In this document: one piece after another, positions 36,335 through 50,096 of the stretch
Layout: each line of letters opens with the position of its first letter
Position numbering within the stretch: position 1 is the stretch's first letter
Assembly: GCF_006345805.1 (NCBI RefSeq)
Contig: NC_043008.1
Span: 22,940,001 to 23,004,000 of the forward strand
Source of the DNA: Octopus sinensis
Lineage: Eukaryota
Direction: 5' to 3'
Length of the DNA: 64,000 bases
Program-made: the position numbers and the translations under genes
Notes under the pieces: model-generated
Database searches by the model: none
Seen by the model: the letters and a program-made list of their open reading frames with translations, nothing else
Told to the model about the DNA's origin: nothing

Positions 36335-36722
36335 TTATAGGTACAAGGCCTGAAATTTGTGGGAAGAGGGTAAGTCGATAACATTGATCCTAGTGCGTAA
36401 CTGGCACTTATTTAATCGACCCTCGAAAGGATGAAAGGCAAAGTCAACCTCGGTGAATTTGAACATAGAACGCAACGCCAGACGAAATACCTATTTCTTT
36501 ACTACCCACAAGGGGCTAAACACAGAGGGGACAAACAAGGACAGACAAACGGATTAAGTCGATTACATCGACCCCAGTGCGTAACTGGTACTTATTTAAT
36601 CGACCCCGAAAGGATGAAAGGCAAAGTCGACCTCGGCGGAATTTGAACTCAGAACGTAACGGCAGACCAAATACGGCTACGCATTTCGCCCGGCGTGCTA
36701 ACGTTTCTGCCAGCTTGTCGCC
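36335..36722 (-). mobile_element. SINE family B, dimeric core
   Basis: Two cores in tandem. Confidence 0.85.
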
Positions 36723-36782
36723 TTTTAAAAGTAGAGAAAATATTCTACAAAGCAAAAGGAATGAAAACGTATCTTTTACAAG

Positions 36783-36860
36783 AGAACGCAGAGGGGTTCG
36801 AACTTGGAACGTGGAAATCTCGATTTGCAGGCGAATGGTCTACCACTAAGCTACATCCCG
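36783..36860 (-). pseudogene. tRNA-Cys pseudogene
   Basis: Minus strand CGGGATGTAGCTTAGTGGTAGACCATTCGCCTGCAAATCGAG...GTTCGAACCC. Confidence 0.75.
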
Positions 36861-37002
36861 AGTCAGCGGTAGCATTAGTTTATAATTATTTAAACAAAAT
36901 ATATTTACATTGATTATCGAGTTTTATGATGTAACGTGACCTCGCCCTAATGAAAGAATTATGTCATACATACATACATACATACATACATACATACATA
37001 CA

Positions 37003-37034
<32 letters not shown>

Positions 37035-37036
<2 letters not shown>

Positions 37037-37146
37037 ATATTATTGGTGAATTGAAGAAATGGAGCTGAACGAAAATTGAACAGAAATAAAACGATTTCTG
37101 TTCAATCTTCGTTCAGCTCCATTTCTTCAATTCACCAATAATATTA
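37035..37146. repeat. Near-perfect hairpin (53-bp arms, 6-nt loop)
   Basis: TAATATTATTGGTGAATTGAAGAAATGGAGCTGAACGAAAATTGAACAGAAAT-AAAACG-reverse complement, one mismatch. Confidence 0.95.
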
Positions 37147-37299
37147 AAATTCAATTATCCGCACCAACGCACGGTTGCAACACCATATGGTTGTACCTCA
37201 ACCGTGCTGTCTTCTGCTGTGATTTTTGCTACCAAGGTATCGGTTAAACTTTTGATTAATCTGCTACAAGATTATTCATCTTTCTATTTCACATAATAC

Positions 37300-37373
<74 letters not shown>

Positions 37374-37437
37374 ATACATACACACACACACATACATACA
37401 TACATACATACATACATACATACATACATACATACAT

Positions 37438-37484
<47 letters not shown>

Positions 37485-37499
37485 CTTATAGTAGTAATA

Positions 37500-38700
37500 G
37501 AAAAAGGGGAATTTCGATTATCCCCACGTGCTGAGTTGTAATATATATAAGAAATTAAAAAAGGAAAATACACATACTTTGCATAGTTTTAATACAATTT
37601 TTAATATATCAACCGGTTTCGCTTTCGCTATTACTGTGAAATTTGGTTTGATGATATCAGCATATTTTTCTATATGTTCACAGAGAGGAATTTGCCTGTA
37701 TTGCGGGAAACGGATTTGGTCTTTATGTAGAGTGGTTCTCCGTCTCAAGGTCATATTCGTCTGTCCAATATAGTAGTGTCCGCAATCCGAGCAGGTTATT
37801 ACATCGAGGGTAACCAATATTGCATCTTCATTAATTGTTTTTGGTAGGTTTCTAGCATGTCTAAATCGTTTCTAATGAAACATTTGCTGTATTTCAGCAA
37901 GGGTTTCAGTAGGATATCTAGGAAATTGCTTAGGCGGTGGCTTTCACAGGCTGGCCCAGCTACAATGGGTCTTAAAGTTAAGTATTCTGGCGTTTGGATA
38001 TTTATGTATTTGCCTGGTGCTTGTTTGCAGGCTTCATTGATTATCTTGCTCTTGTGTATTTTAGGAAGGCTGGGTTTACATTTGAAGCTCGTGATGTAGT
38101 CTGATTCTTTTTCTATCAGGCCTTTTCCACATAGAAGAATTAAGGAAGCAAGATTTTTCGTGATTTTTTGTTGCTTATAGTTTATAACTTTTTCTGGCAT
38201 GGATAATACTAGGTTTTTACAGTGTTCTGCATTTCCTTTATCTGCTTCTTTAATTTTCAGGTCTTCGTCGATTTGTAGCTCAATTAAAATTTTCCATTCT
38301 AGATTGTTGTGGTTCGAATTAATTTTTCGTTTATGGGATGTATACGGGAAATTTGGGATATGGTCACAGAAGTCATCCAGTGTTTTATTCCTACCCTTAT
38401 GTGGAAAGTAATTATTTCTGTTTTTGACCAGTGATTCATCTTCGTTGTCGTAGACAGTTAGTGCTTCTGCGAGTCGTAGTTTTCTGCAGAATTCCGAAAT
38501 ATTGTCTTTAATTTCATTATGGTTAGATTTTCGTAGGGTTGGAGTAAACTTTAAACCTTTGGCTAGTATATTCAATTTTTGTTATAGAGAGAGAGTTTTC
38601 TTTGATAAGTTAATTACTTTGGGTTTCTCCTGTAAGTTTTGTTCCAACGTGTGTCCTTGTTTCTCTCCACTCGGTCTAAAAAATGTTTATTGTAATATGG
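37500..38700 (-). mobile_element. Penelope-like retrotransposon, internally deleted (RT N-terminus plus GIY-YIG)
   Basis: LAKGLKFTPT, IKEADKG, LPKIHK, LRPIVAG...LSNFLDILLKPL, LVTLDV, then ITCSDCGHYYIGQT...R...H (GIY-YIG). Confidence 0.9.
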
Positions 38701-39320
38701 TTGGTAGAAGTTATTGGTATTTTTATTGTTATTAATTAAATCAGTATTATTAGTACTTATTATATTTGGATTGCTTGGAGGTTGGTGTTGCTGTCTGGGT
38801 AAACTGGTTGGGAGGACGGGGTTAGGGTTTCTTCGCTGGAATGAATTGTTGGGGTGCTTAATTATGTTTAGAATACTGGGGAGCTTGTTATGCTGTTTGG
38901 GTAAATAGGATGAGAATCCGTAGGTTGAGTTTCTCCGTTGAGGGGTGAAGGGGTCTCTTGGATGTTTCTAGTTGCTGGGGAGAAAAAATTACTCCTATCT
39001 CCTGGTTGGTTTCTTCTAGTGTTTCTAATAGATGAGTAGACCCTGTTATTAGATAGAGAATGGTAAAGTAAACAACTACCCCAATTACTGTGACTTTGTT
39101 CACGAAGTCAAGCTGTAATTAATGTTATGGATGTTCCCACATCGGTATAACAACAATAATAATGATATATTTGTTTATACATTTGTTCGTGTTTTTCTTT
39201 TCAACTTCTTTCCCACACATGTCACTAAATGAGGTGACGTGACAACACCAATAAAAATAATCAATACAAGTGCATGTATATTTTGTTCAAATAGATTAAA
39301 ATAAGGTAAGAATAACGTGA

Positions 39321-39392
39321 GGGGATATAGCTCAGTGGTAGAGCATTCGACTGCAGATCGAGAGGTCCCCGGTTCGAACCCGGGTGTCCCCT
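39321..39392 (+). tRNA. trnC: tRNA-Cys(GCA)
   Basis: Identical to consensus, T7 terminator. Confidence 0.97.
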
Positions 39393-39481
39393 TCAGGTTT
39401 TTTTCATTCCATTTTAAATTAAGGAAAATGGTTAATACCAACGTTTATAAGAGGAGGAAAATTGCGATATCATGCAAGTTT

Positions 39482-39553
39482 GGGGATATATCTCACTGGC
39501 AGAGCATTGGACTTCAGATCGAGAGGTCCTCGGTTCGAACACGGGTGTCCCCT
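39482..39553 (+). pseudogene. tRNA-Cys-derived gene with TCA (opal) anticodon, likely pseudogene
   Basis: CT-TCA-GA loop; mismatches in D, anticodon and T stems (C61>A). Confidence 0.75.
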
Positions 39554-40225
39554 TCAGTTCCTTTCTATTCTATTTTAAATTAATGAAAATGTTTAATGCG
39601 ATGGGTCAGTATTCTGTGTTTGTGTTCTTTTGGCTTTTGATTGTTTGATCTAGGTGGACGTGTATTTATTTCTGTAGATGTATTTGTTCTGGATTTTGTT
39701 AGGAAGGAGTTATCCGAAGTGTAGTCTCTTTTAAACTGAGCTTCATAACTAAGGAAGAAGTTAACACTATTTTCCCATCGTTGCAGAAGGAAAAGAAATC
39801 ACCAACGGCACACGTGTAGTTACATTGCTGTGTTTGTTTCCTTTTCTGCTTGACAACTGGTGTTGGTTTGTTAATGTTCCATTAAGCTTAGAGTTTCGGC
39901 CAAAGAGACCGATAAAATAAGCAACAGATTTAAAAGTTGTTGCGTTGCGTTAGAGATTAATATCGTAATATTCAAGTACTTTAAATCGATAGACTGGCTG
40001 AATCGATAGGGCGTTGGATAAGACCCCTGATGGTAAATTGCATCTTCTTACATTCTCAGCTCAAAAATGAAGTCTACTTTGCTTTCATGTTTCCGAGATC
40101 GATAAAATAAAGTATCTGTTAAGCAAGGAGATCGATATTAATATCTATAGCTCCCGACCTCAAAAAATTAGTATAATTTCATTAACTAGTTTCGAGGTGG
40201 TTGCCTCTTATCAATGGCCTCTTAT

Positions 40226-40635
40226 AGGCGTAGGAGTGGCAGTGTGGTAAGTAGCCTGCTATCGAACCACATGGTTCCGGGTTCAGTTCCATTGCGTGGC
40301 ACCTTGGGCAAGTGTCGTCTACTATAGCCTCGGGCCGACCAAAGCCTTGTGGTGGATTTGGTAGAGGGAAACTGAAAGAAGCCCGTCGTGTATATATATA
40401 TATATGTATGTGTTTGTGTTTGTGTGTCTGTGTTTGTCCCACCAACATCGCTTGACAACCGTTGCTGGTGTGTTTACGTCCCCGTAACTTAGCGGTTCGA
40501 CAAAAGATATCGATCGATAGAATAAGTACTAGGCTCACAAAGAATAAGTCATGGGGTCGATTTGCTCGACTAAAAAGGCGGTGCTCCAGCAAGGCCACAA
40601 TAAAATGACTGAAACAAGCAAAAGAGTAAAAGAGT
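40226..40635 (+). mobile_element. SINE family A
   Basis: Family A consensus. Confidence 0.85.
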
Positions 40636-41121
40636 AAACTGCAAGATGGCGAGCTGGCAGATTCGTTAGCGTATGGGTCAAAATACTAAGCAGCGTATCT
40701 TCTGGCTCTTTACGTTTTGAGTTCAAATCCAACCGAAGTCAATATTGGCTTTCATCCTTTCGGGGTCGATAAAGTGAAATACCTGTGAGTAAATGTAATC
40801 AAATGATCTCCCTCCCCGCGAGATTTCAGGTTTTGTGCCTGTATGAGAAAGAGTCATTTCATAAACTGGCAGTTATATGTTGAACTCCTCAAAATTGTGT
40901 AGAAGCACGTCGTATACATACGTACATGTGTGTGTTTGTGTGTGTGTGTGTGTGCGTGTGCAGTCTACAAAAGTATTGTAACCTCTTAATTGTATGCCAA
41001 TCAGGCAACGCTATGGAAACAATAAAAAAACGTGTAACAGTTGAAAATCCGAAATATAAAATAAATGAAAGAAATCTAATAATTTCAAATTAGAAAAAAA
41101 AAACAAAACAAAAAAAACTGA

Positions 41122-41193
41122 AGGGGACACCCGGGTTCGAACCAGGGACCTCTCGATCTGCAGTCGAATGCTCTACCACTGAGCTATATCCCC
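41122..41193 (-). tRNA. trnC: tRNA-Cys(GCA)
   Basis: Consensus with one C>T change in the T stem. Confidence 0.92.
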
Positions 41194-41273
41194 AACTTGC
41201 GTACGTCGCAATTTTCCTCCTCTTATAAACATTTTCATTAATTTAAAATGGAATGAAAAAAAAAAAATTCTGA

Positions 41274-41345
41274 AGGAGACCCATGGATTCGAACAGGGTA
41301 CCTCTCGATCTGCAGTCGACTGCTCTACCACTGAGTCATATCCCC
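41274..41345 (-). pseudogene. tRNA-Cys pseudogene
   Basis: GCA loop retained; many T-stem and acceptor changes. Confidence 0.8.
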
Positions 41346-41446
41346 AACTTGCATGCTGTCCTCATTTTCCTCCTCTTATAAACGCTAGCATTAAACATTT
41401 TCATTAATTTAAAATGGAATAAAAAAAAGAAAAAAGAAAACCCTTT

Positions 41447-41518
41447 AGGGGACACCCGGGTTCGAGCCGGGGACCTCTCGATCTGCAATCAAATGGTCTA
41501 CCACTGGGCTATATCCCC
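41447..41518 (-). pseudogene. tRNA-Cys, probable pseudogene
   Basis: D-stem and anticodon-arm changes; T54>C in the B box. Confidence 0.75.
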
Positions 41519-41615
41519 AAACTGGTATGCTGTCACAAATTTTCCCCCTCCTAAAAATGTTGGAATTAAACATTTTCATTAATATAAAGTGAAATGAAAA
41601 AAAAAAAAAACCTGA

Positions 41616-41687
41616 AGGGGACACCCGGGTTCGAACCGGGGACCTCTCGATCTGCAGTCGAATGCTCTACCACTGAGCTATATCCCC
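41616..41687 (-). tRNA. trnC: tRNA-Cys(GCA)
   Basis: Identical to consensus (reverse complement). Confidence 0.97.
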
Positions 41688-42049
41688 TCACGTTGCTCTT
41701 ACCTTATTTTAATCTATTTAAACAAAATATACATGCTCTTGTATTGATTATTTTTATTGATGTTATCACGTGACCTCATTTAAACGACATGTGTGGGAAA
41801 GAAGTTGAAAAAACACACAAACGATTGTATAAACAAATATATCATTATTATTATCATTGTTATACCGAGGTTGAACACCCATAACAAACATTACGGCTTG
41901 ACTTCGTGAACATAGTAACAGTTATTGAGGTAGTTGTTTATTACACATGCAAGGCTGCAAAGGTTAACAAGGTCAATATGAAACAGGTTGGCCCAGTTGC
42001 AGCAGGTACAAAGGAAATTCTATTCTACGTTCCGATGCTGCTGTATCAA

Positions 42050-43750
42050 GGGCAGCCATGAGAATTGCCAAGCGAGGAGACAGACAGGTGAATGACACCA
42101 GACACTTGCAAATGGAGATTATTGCAGACCATTAGTGATGGTCAATAAAGCAAGCGCCAAAGAGTTTCTTCAGAGAATCCTTGTAATCTGTTTTTTTTCG
42201 GAGTCACTTTGATACAGTCGTGTGTGGTAGTTTCGCCTCACAGCGCAATCTTTGGTAGGCGCCGAACCTACGTTATGGAAACGTGTCCTCCTCATTGCAG
42301 CTGCGATTTGTGGAAGGCAGCCTCAATGTTGGCGATTTCCAGCTACGACACCATTGCTTGCTGAGGACAGAGTAAAGGCGACACTGTTGGAAGCATTCAA
42401 TGGGTCGTAGGTGGTGACGGTGTGCAACCCACCACCCAGATGAGTACAGGATAGTGGTGATGGTCAGCACAACAGGTCTGTACAATCTGATATTTGTGTC
42501 TAAATTCAGATGCTTGGTGTTCCAGGTTCTTTCGTACAGATTACCGAATATACTGCTTGGTTTGCCAGTCTGTTGTCAAATTCTTTGTCGTTCTTAGCGT
42601 CTGATGAAATTATGCACCTCAGGTTTGCTGAACTGACGGGGCGATCTTGGTCCAGTCTCACAGATGGTGGTGCAAGGAGAATGATTATCTTCCTTAAGTT
42701 TGAGCAGTTGCAAAACTTCTGACTTTTTCACGTTGATTTCCACGCCAAAGAGATCTTTAGTCAATGAGTAGCAGGGCTGACTTCGATTGGACAACACATA
42801 CAGCATCACTGGCAAAAACTGGCTACTGCATGGATTTTTGCAGCATATTTTCGGTTGAAGTTGAACAGGCTGACATTTGTGTGGCATCAATCGAAAGATC
42901 GCCTAAGCTAATCTAAGTCTTCTTTGGATCTTACTGGTTTCATGCTGAAGAAGATGCCGAAAAGAGAAAGTGCAGGGAGGTAGCCATACTTTACACCGGT
43001 TTCTATTGGTAATGATTTTAAAAGTTCATTGTTGTATTTAACTTGACTACACTGACCCTTACGTAATTGGTTGACTATATTCAGGAATTTTGGGGGATAT
43101 TTTTCGGGGATATCTCAGTTGTTTCATTGTTTTCCACAGACCATGCCTGCTTTCAGTATAGAACACTTTGGTAAATTCTACGAACGTTTCAAACAGTCCC
43201 TCGTTCTTATCCCTATAAATCTTTTGGACCTGCCTTAGTACCACCATATTGATGATGCTCCTTTTGACACTGATTCCTTATTAGCTCTCTGCGAGATTTG
43301 TGAAATGAGGGACACCAGTTTGTTCAAGAGTATTTTTCCGAAGATTTTTCCTGAGATAGAGAGCAAAATTATCCACCGTCAGTTAAAGCAGTCGGGCTTT
43401 CCTTTTTGTTCTTGTACAGAGTGATGATGTCTGCATCACAAAGGTTCTGTGCTAACTTACTTTGTTCACACATGAAGTTTAGCATAGAACGGTGGGACGC
43501 CGTCCTTCCAATTCTCTGATGCGCTACCGGGTGTTTCTCCACTATTTCAACTGCTCTATCGTCCTGGCACTTTTGTTTATAGTTAGAAACTTGTTTGGGT
43601 TTGTTGTATTCCACTGTTGTGGTATCGCAGGCGGTACTGTGGAGAGTTTCAAAATGTCCTGACCGCCTGTTCAGGATAGACGTCCTGACTCTAAAGAGCG
43701 CCTGCCAATCTGCACTGCATAGATTATCTACAACGCTTTTGTGTCGATCT
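42050..43750 (-). mobile_element. Decayed RTE (BovB-like) LINE
   Basis: DADIITLYKNK; QKIYRDKNEGLFETFVEFTKVFYTESRHGLWKTM; IRLYRPVVL..TILYSSGWWVAHRHHLRPIECFQQCRL. Confidence 0.85.
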
Positions 43751-44019
43751 GTTTCAATGTTCTTTTTTATAAGCTTATGAAACGGAAAGGGCAATTAGAT
43801 AAGATTTATTGTCTTTGTGATACCAAGAATTGATAAACTGAGAGTCTACACGATGGTTGAGTATTTTGTAAGAGAGAATTTCTGTGGTATACATCGCTTA
43901 TTAATTTTTCAGAAAGAGAGAAAACTCAAGAGAGAAAACCCATACCCCAACCCCCAATATAGTTAGTGAATTGGCTGAGTCGCTAGAGCTTTGGCGACAA
44001 TAGAAAAAAAAAAAAACGA

Positions 44020-44325
44020 TAAACGTCGCCCTTTTCAAGCCTAGCCAACCTCATGGGCCCGGTTTCCCGGTTTCTGTGGCGTATGTGTTCTCCCCAGCTG
44101 GACGGGACGCTAGTCCATCACAGCATTACTCAAGAAACAGAAAGAGAGAGTGAGAGAAAGTTGGGGCGAAAGAGTACAATAGGGGTCACCACCACTCCCT
44201 GCCGGAGCCTCGTAGAACTTTAGGTGTTTTCGCTCAAGAAACACACACAACACACGGTCTGGGAATCAAACCACGATCCTCCGACCGCGAGTCCGCTGCC
44301 CTAACCACTGGGCCATTGCGCTCCA
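44020..44325 (-). mobile_element. SINE family C variant
   Basis: Family C head with a different 3' body; related to 45483-45760. Confidence 0.8.
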
Positions 44326-45169
44326 CTTTGGAGACAATACTTCGGGTTATTTGTTTCATATCTCTGCGCTCTGAGTTCAAATTCTGCCAAGGTCAACTTT
44401 GACCTACATCCTCTTGGGAGTCGATTAAAAAAAAAAAACAAAACAATCTAATGTAGTGGATTGGCTGAACTTCAAGAACATTGAACCGAATTTCTTGCGA
44501 TATACGTTTCGGTTCTTTGCGTTTTGAGTTCAAATCCTGCCATGACCTACTTGGGAACTGACTTAACACCACTACTTTGCTACTTTTGTGACTTGAGCGG
44601 ATCTCACGCTGGCGCAAGCATTCAGGCCAGGTTTCGGCCCCTTTCTACGTCTCTTCCACCTTTGTCAGAGGCCCTGTAACGAATCATGGAAACTGACATT
44701 CCCTCTTGAGGCGTGTGGGGCGGGTGGGGTGAAAGAGAAAAATAAAAGATGCAGTGATTTATTTTACTTGTTTACTTCAGCAAGTGAATTTCAAAAGTTT
44801 TAGATTAACAAATTCTTGCATAAAATGTAATTCTTCGTGAATGTTTGGAATGAAGTTCCAATTTCTAAATGTGTTGGCGATGCATATATAGCACCACTTA
44901 TACATGATTGTGATGCAAAGTATCATAGAATTGATGTTTTATGGAGTTTGTCTTCAGAAAGATGGGAAAAAATTGGAAGTATTTGTATAAAAAGCGAAGA
45001 GGCTTTAATTGCGTTTCTTCACGCTATACTAACGAAGAAAAAGCAATTAAGATTCCAATTAAGCTAAACAAAACTTGAAGTAGACATTGTTTAGGCTAGA
45101 AGGTGCATTGTCTTATTTCATTCCAATATAACTGGAAGAGAGAGAGACATAAGACAGTTAGGTATATGC

Positions 45170-45406
45170 TAAACGTTAGCACGCCGGGAAACGTTAGCAC
45201 GCCGGGCGAAATGCGTAGCCGTATTTCGTCTGTCGTTAGGTTCTGAGTTCAAATTCCACCGAGGTCGACTTTGCCTTTCATCCTTTCGGGGTCGATTAAA
45301 TAATTACCAGTTACGCACTGGGGTCGGTATAATCGACCTAATCCGTTTGTCTGTCCTTGTTTTTCCTCTCTGTGTTTAGCTCCTTGTGGGTAGTAAAGAA
45401 ATAGGT
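45170..45406 (+). mobile_element. SINE family B
   Basis: Family B consensus. Confidence 0.85.
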
Positions 45407-45482
45407 ATATGCTAGGTGTGTATAAGAAAGGCAACCTTGGAGTGGCTAGCAGAATATTTATTTTACTATATAATAGTTCTGT

Positions 45483-45760
45483 GGAGGCACATGGCCTAGT
45501 GGTTAGAGCGGGGGATCGCGGGTTCGAATCTCAGACCAGGCGATGTGTGTGTTTATGAGCGAAACACCTAAGCTCCACGCGGCTCCGGCAGAAGGTAATG
45601 GCGAACTACTGCTGACTCTTTCGCCACAACTTTCTCTCACTCTTTCCTCCTGCATCCTGCAGCTCACCTGCGACGGACAGGTGTCCCGTCCAGGTGGGGA
45701 ACCTATACGCCAAGGAAACCGAGAAACCGGCCCTAATGAGCCAGGCATGGCTTGAGAAGG
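45483..45760 (+). mobile_element. SINE family C variant
   Basis: GGAGGCACATGGCCTAGTGGTTAGAGCG...GGTTCGAATCTC head. Confidence 0.8.
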
Positions 45761-46795
45761 AGCAAACATATAATAATTCTGGATATGCAAACGTTAATTG
45801 ATGTCAAAGAGTAAATGTAAGAAAACGAATATATATGAATGAAAATGAGTTGGGAGAAATAACTCAGAATGGCCAGCAGCATGTACTCCGTCGGTTACGA
45901 CGATGAGGGTTCCAGTTGATCCGACCAACAGAACAGCTTGCTCGTGAAATTAACGTGTAAGTGGCTGAGCACTCCACAGACACGTGTACCCTTAACATAT
46001 TTCTCAGGGAGGTTCAACGTGACACAGAATATGACAAAGCTGGCCCCTTTTGAAATATTGGCACAGCTCATTTTCGCAAGCTGAGTAGACAGGCGCAATG
46101 TGAAATAAAGGATCTTGCGCAAAGACACGGCACCCCGCTGCGAATCGAATTCACGATAGTGAGCCGAACCCTCACTTTTTAATTGCCCCCACGAGGACGG
46201 GCTTCACAAGGTACCATGCAGTGGGACCGAACTCGAAAACATATGACTGCAAAACGATCGTCTTAACCATAAATTCACTGTTACATCTGAACCGTACAAA
46301 TTCTGATGAGTTATCTTTCTTTTCCTTTATCTTTTACTTGTTTCAGTCATTAGACTGCGGCCATGCTGGGGCACTACTTTGAAGGTAGTCGAATGAATTG
46401 ACCCTAGTAAGCTATGGGAACGTAAACATACCCACACGGTGGTGGGGGACAAACACACACACACACACATTGTATATATATATATATATATACATACATA
46501 CAAACATACATAAATATATATCACTCATAAAAATCTACAGATGGAGAAGGGCATACAACTACCATGTTCTTAATGATGAAATTAATCTCTCTGTCTATAT
46601 ATCTATCCTCTTTGTAATGTTGGCAAATGAAATAAGTATAAAAATGTACACTGTCCATTTAATTAAGATATTCTATATGTAGCTGAAGATTGCTCGACAT
46701 TTTAAAACTGATGTAATATTTACAGTGTTTAATAAAATGAAGTAGCATGAAACGATTGTACTACACTACCTTGGATATCCTTGTTGCTTATTTTG

Positions 46796-46951
<156 letters not shown>

Positions 46952-46957
46952 ATTATA

Positions 46958-47011
<54 letters not shown>

Positions 47012-47212
47012 ATATATATATATATAAATCAACGAAAATGCACATTGTAAATTAAAAAAAGGCTTTTTATGACAGGTAACGACAAATATATACATTTAGA
47101 TGGACTGAGGTAGAAATAAGAGTCATAAAAGTCATTATTATGAGATGATTATAAGATGATAATAAAGTAAGAGAACAAAGCATACCATGGTTTCCGCAAA
47201 GCTATTTCTACT

Positions 47213-47297
<85 letters not shown>

Positions 47298-47412
47298 GCC
47301 TGCTCGCTTAGCCAGCAGGGTGGCGTCATTTCAAGGCTAAAACAATGCAAAGCGCATTGTGACCAGCGATGTGTAACAACATCTGATAGCCTGGTCGGTC
47401 ACGGTGATCACG

Positions 47413-47449
<37 letters not shown>

Positions 47450-47930
47450 GTATATATACGGCGGGATTCTTTCAGTTTCCGTCTACCAAACCAACTTATA
47501 AAACCCGAGGCTATAGTAGAAGACATTTATCCAAGGTGCCACGCAGTGGAACTGAACTTGAAGCCATGTGGTTGGGAAGCAGACTTCTTACCACACAGAT
47601 ACGCCTGCAATTTACACGTATAATTTTAAAGTCTGAAAAATCTAGCGAAAACAAAATGTATGCATTACGCTACTTTCTATGGCAATTAGCTTTCAGAATT
47701 TTCTCTTATTTTCCAGTCTTACTGTGAAGATTTAATATTTTTATTTAAATAAATCGACATCCTTGAATCACACGTGACACATTGTCACGTTTATTTGTCA
47801 TTCATCTGTTTATATTTTTAGTTGCCGACAATGTTTGGATATTTCTGGTGTCATTCCATCACGTTAGCTTTTCTTGTTTTTCAGGTTTTATCAAAATGGA
47901 GTCCATCACAAATACCAATAACCAAAATGA

Positions 47931-48328
<398 letters not shown>

Positions 48329-48374
48329 TTATTATTTTTGTTTAAATAGCTAAAATAACGCATCAGTTATACGT

Positions 48375-48446
48375 GGGGATATAGCTCAGTGGTAGAGCAT
48401 TCGACTGCAGATCGAGAGGTCCCCGGTTCGAACCCGGGTGTCCCCT
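48375..48446 (+). tRNA. trnC: tRNA-Cys(GCA)
   Basis: Identical to consensus. Confidence 0.97.
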
Positions 48447-49164
48447 TCTGATTTTATTTCTTTTTCAGCGTTCGATAGGGCTTTGCATTCGTCTTATATT
48501 TTGAGTTTTCTTACTCTTTGACTCTTTTACTTGTTTCAGTCATTTGACTGCGGCCATGCTGGAGCACCGCCTTTAGTCGAGCAAATCGATCCCAGGACTT
48601 ATTCTTTCTAAGCCTAGTACTTCTTCTATCGGTCTATTTGCTGAAACGCTAAGTTACGGGGACGTAATCACACCAGCATCGGTTGTCAAGCGATGTTGGG
48701 GAGACAAACACAGACACACACACACACACATACACACACACACATATATATATATACATACATACGACGGGCTTCCTTCAGTTTCCGTCTACCAAATCCA
48801 CTTACAAGGCTTTGGTCGGCTCGATGTTATAGTTGAAGACGCTTTCCCAAGGTGCCCTCCTTCCCTTCACTTCTTTCTTCCTTTCTTTCTCTCTTCTTTC
48901 TTTCTTTCTTTCTTTCTCTCTCCTACCTCTAATTTCATCGTGAGATTGTTGTTTCCATTACTGATAGTTTATTTCTATTTAAATACCATATTTACTTTCC
49001 TTCGTCAAATACAATTATTTCTTTGCCTTATTTTTTACTGAGCGTGTATTTATTTCTACATCTTATAATGATTAATGAAATTTCTCATTTGATTTCATTT
49101 CTCTTTACGAAACTGCCAGTGCATGAGTTTAGCCTCGATCATTTCAATTAAGATGGTCATATAT

Positions 49165-49393
49165 ATTTCTTTACTACCCACAAGGGGCCAAACACAGAGG
49201 GGACAAACAAGGACAGACAAAGCGATTAAGTCGATTCCATCGACCCCAGTGCGCAACTGGTACTTAATTTATTGACCCCGAAAGGATGAAAGGCAAAGTC
49301 GACCTCGGCGGAATTTGAACTCAGAACGTAACGGCAGACGAAATACGGCTACGCATTTCGCCCGGCGAGCTAACGTTTCTGCCAGCTCGTCGC
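49165..49393 (-). mobile_element. SINE family B with TSD
   Basis: Flanked by direct repeat TAAGATGGTCATATAT. Confidence 0.9.
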
Positions 49394-50096
49394 TAAGATG
49401 GTCATATATATGATGAAGACGTAGGTCAATGTATTATATTGCAATAAGATTAAGAGGGGTCACGCACATAGTGGAGTGAAGGGGTACTTTTGACAAATTG
49501 TAACAGTCATATTTCTAGTTGTACAGACCAATTACACATGCTGCGTTGTGGCATTCAACAAGTCACTTGAATAAATTTTTGTATATATATATTCCACCTC
49601 AGTCTTCAGAGTCGGGTTGACTGTCTTAACTTTATTCAGCTCAATAGACATCATTAATTGGCTGAAATTACCCAAATACGACAACTTTATCATGAAATAA
49701 CTTCGAAAATACAAACTTTTCTCAACAATGCTAAGAGTAAAAGATGTTCTATATGACACATTCTACCAGTATCCGAAGTCTGAAAGTGTTTAGTTAAAAA
49801 ATTAATTTATCGACTTGCCGCTCAAAAGGAAAAGATCTATCCACTCACAAGGCTTTAGTCGGCCCGAGAGTATAATAGAAAACACTTGCCCAAGGTGCCA
49901 CGCAGTGGGACTGAACTCAGAACCATGCGGTTCGGAAGCAAAGTTCTTATCACTCAGTCATACTTGCATAATGTACGCCATCCAAAATGTATCAATGGAA
50001 AATTTCATAAAAAATATAAGAATTTTGAAGAAAGTTAAGGAGAAACAAAACCGAAAAGCGTAGTTTTGTAATTATACCAAATTGTTAAACCGCATA

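Noticed and set aside
39482-39553. tRNA-Sec
   Set aside because: 72 nt, Cys body, no long variable arm or extended acceptor stem
44837-45067. 76-aa ORF as a host exon or transposase
   Set aside because: No recognisable motif or splice support from sequence alone
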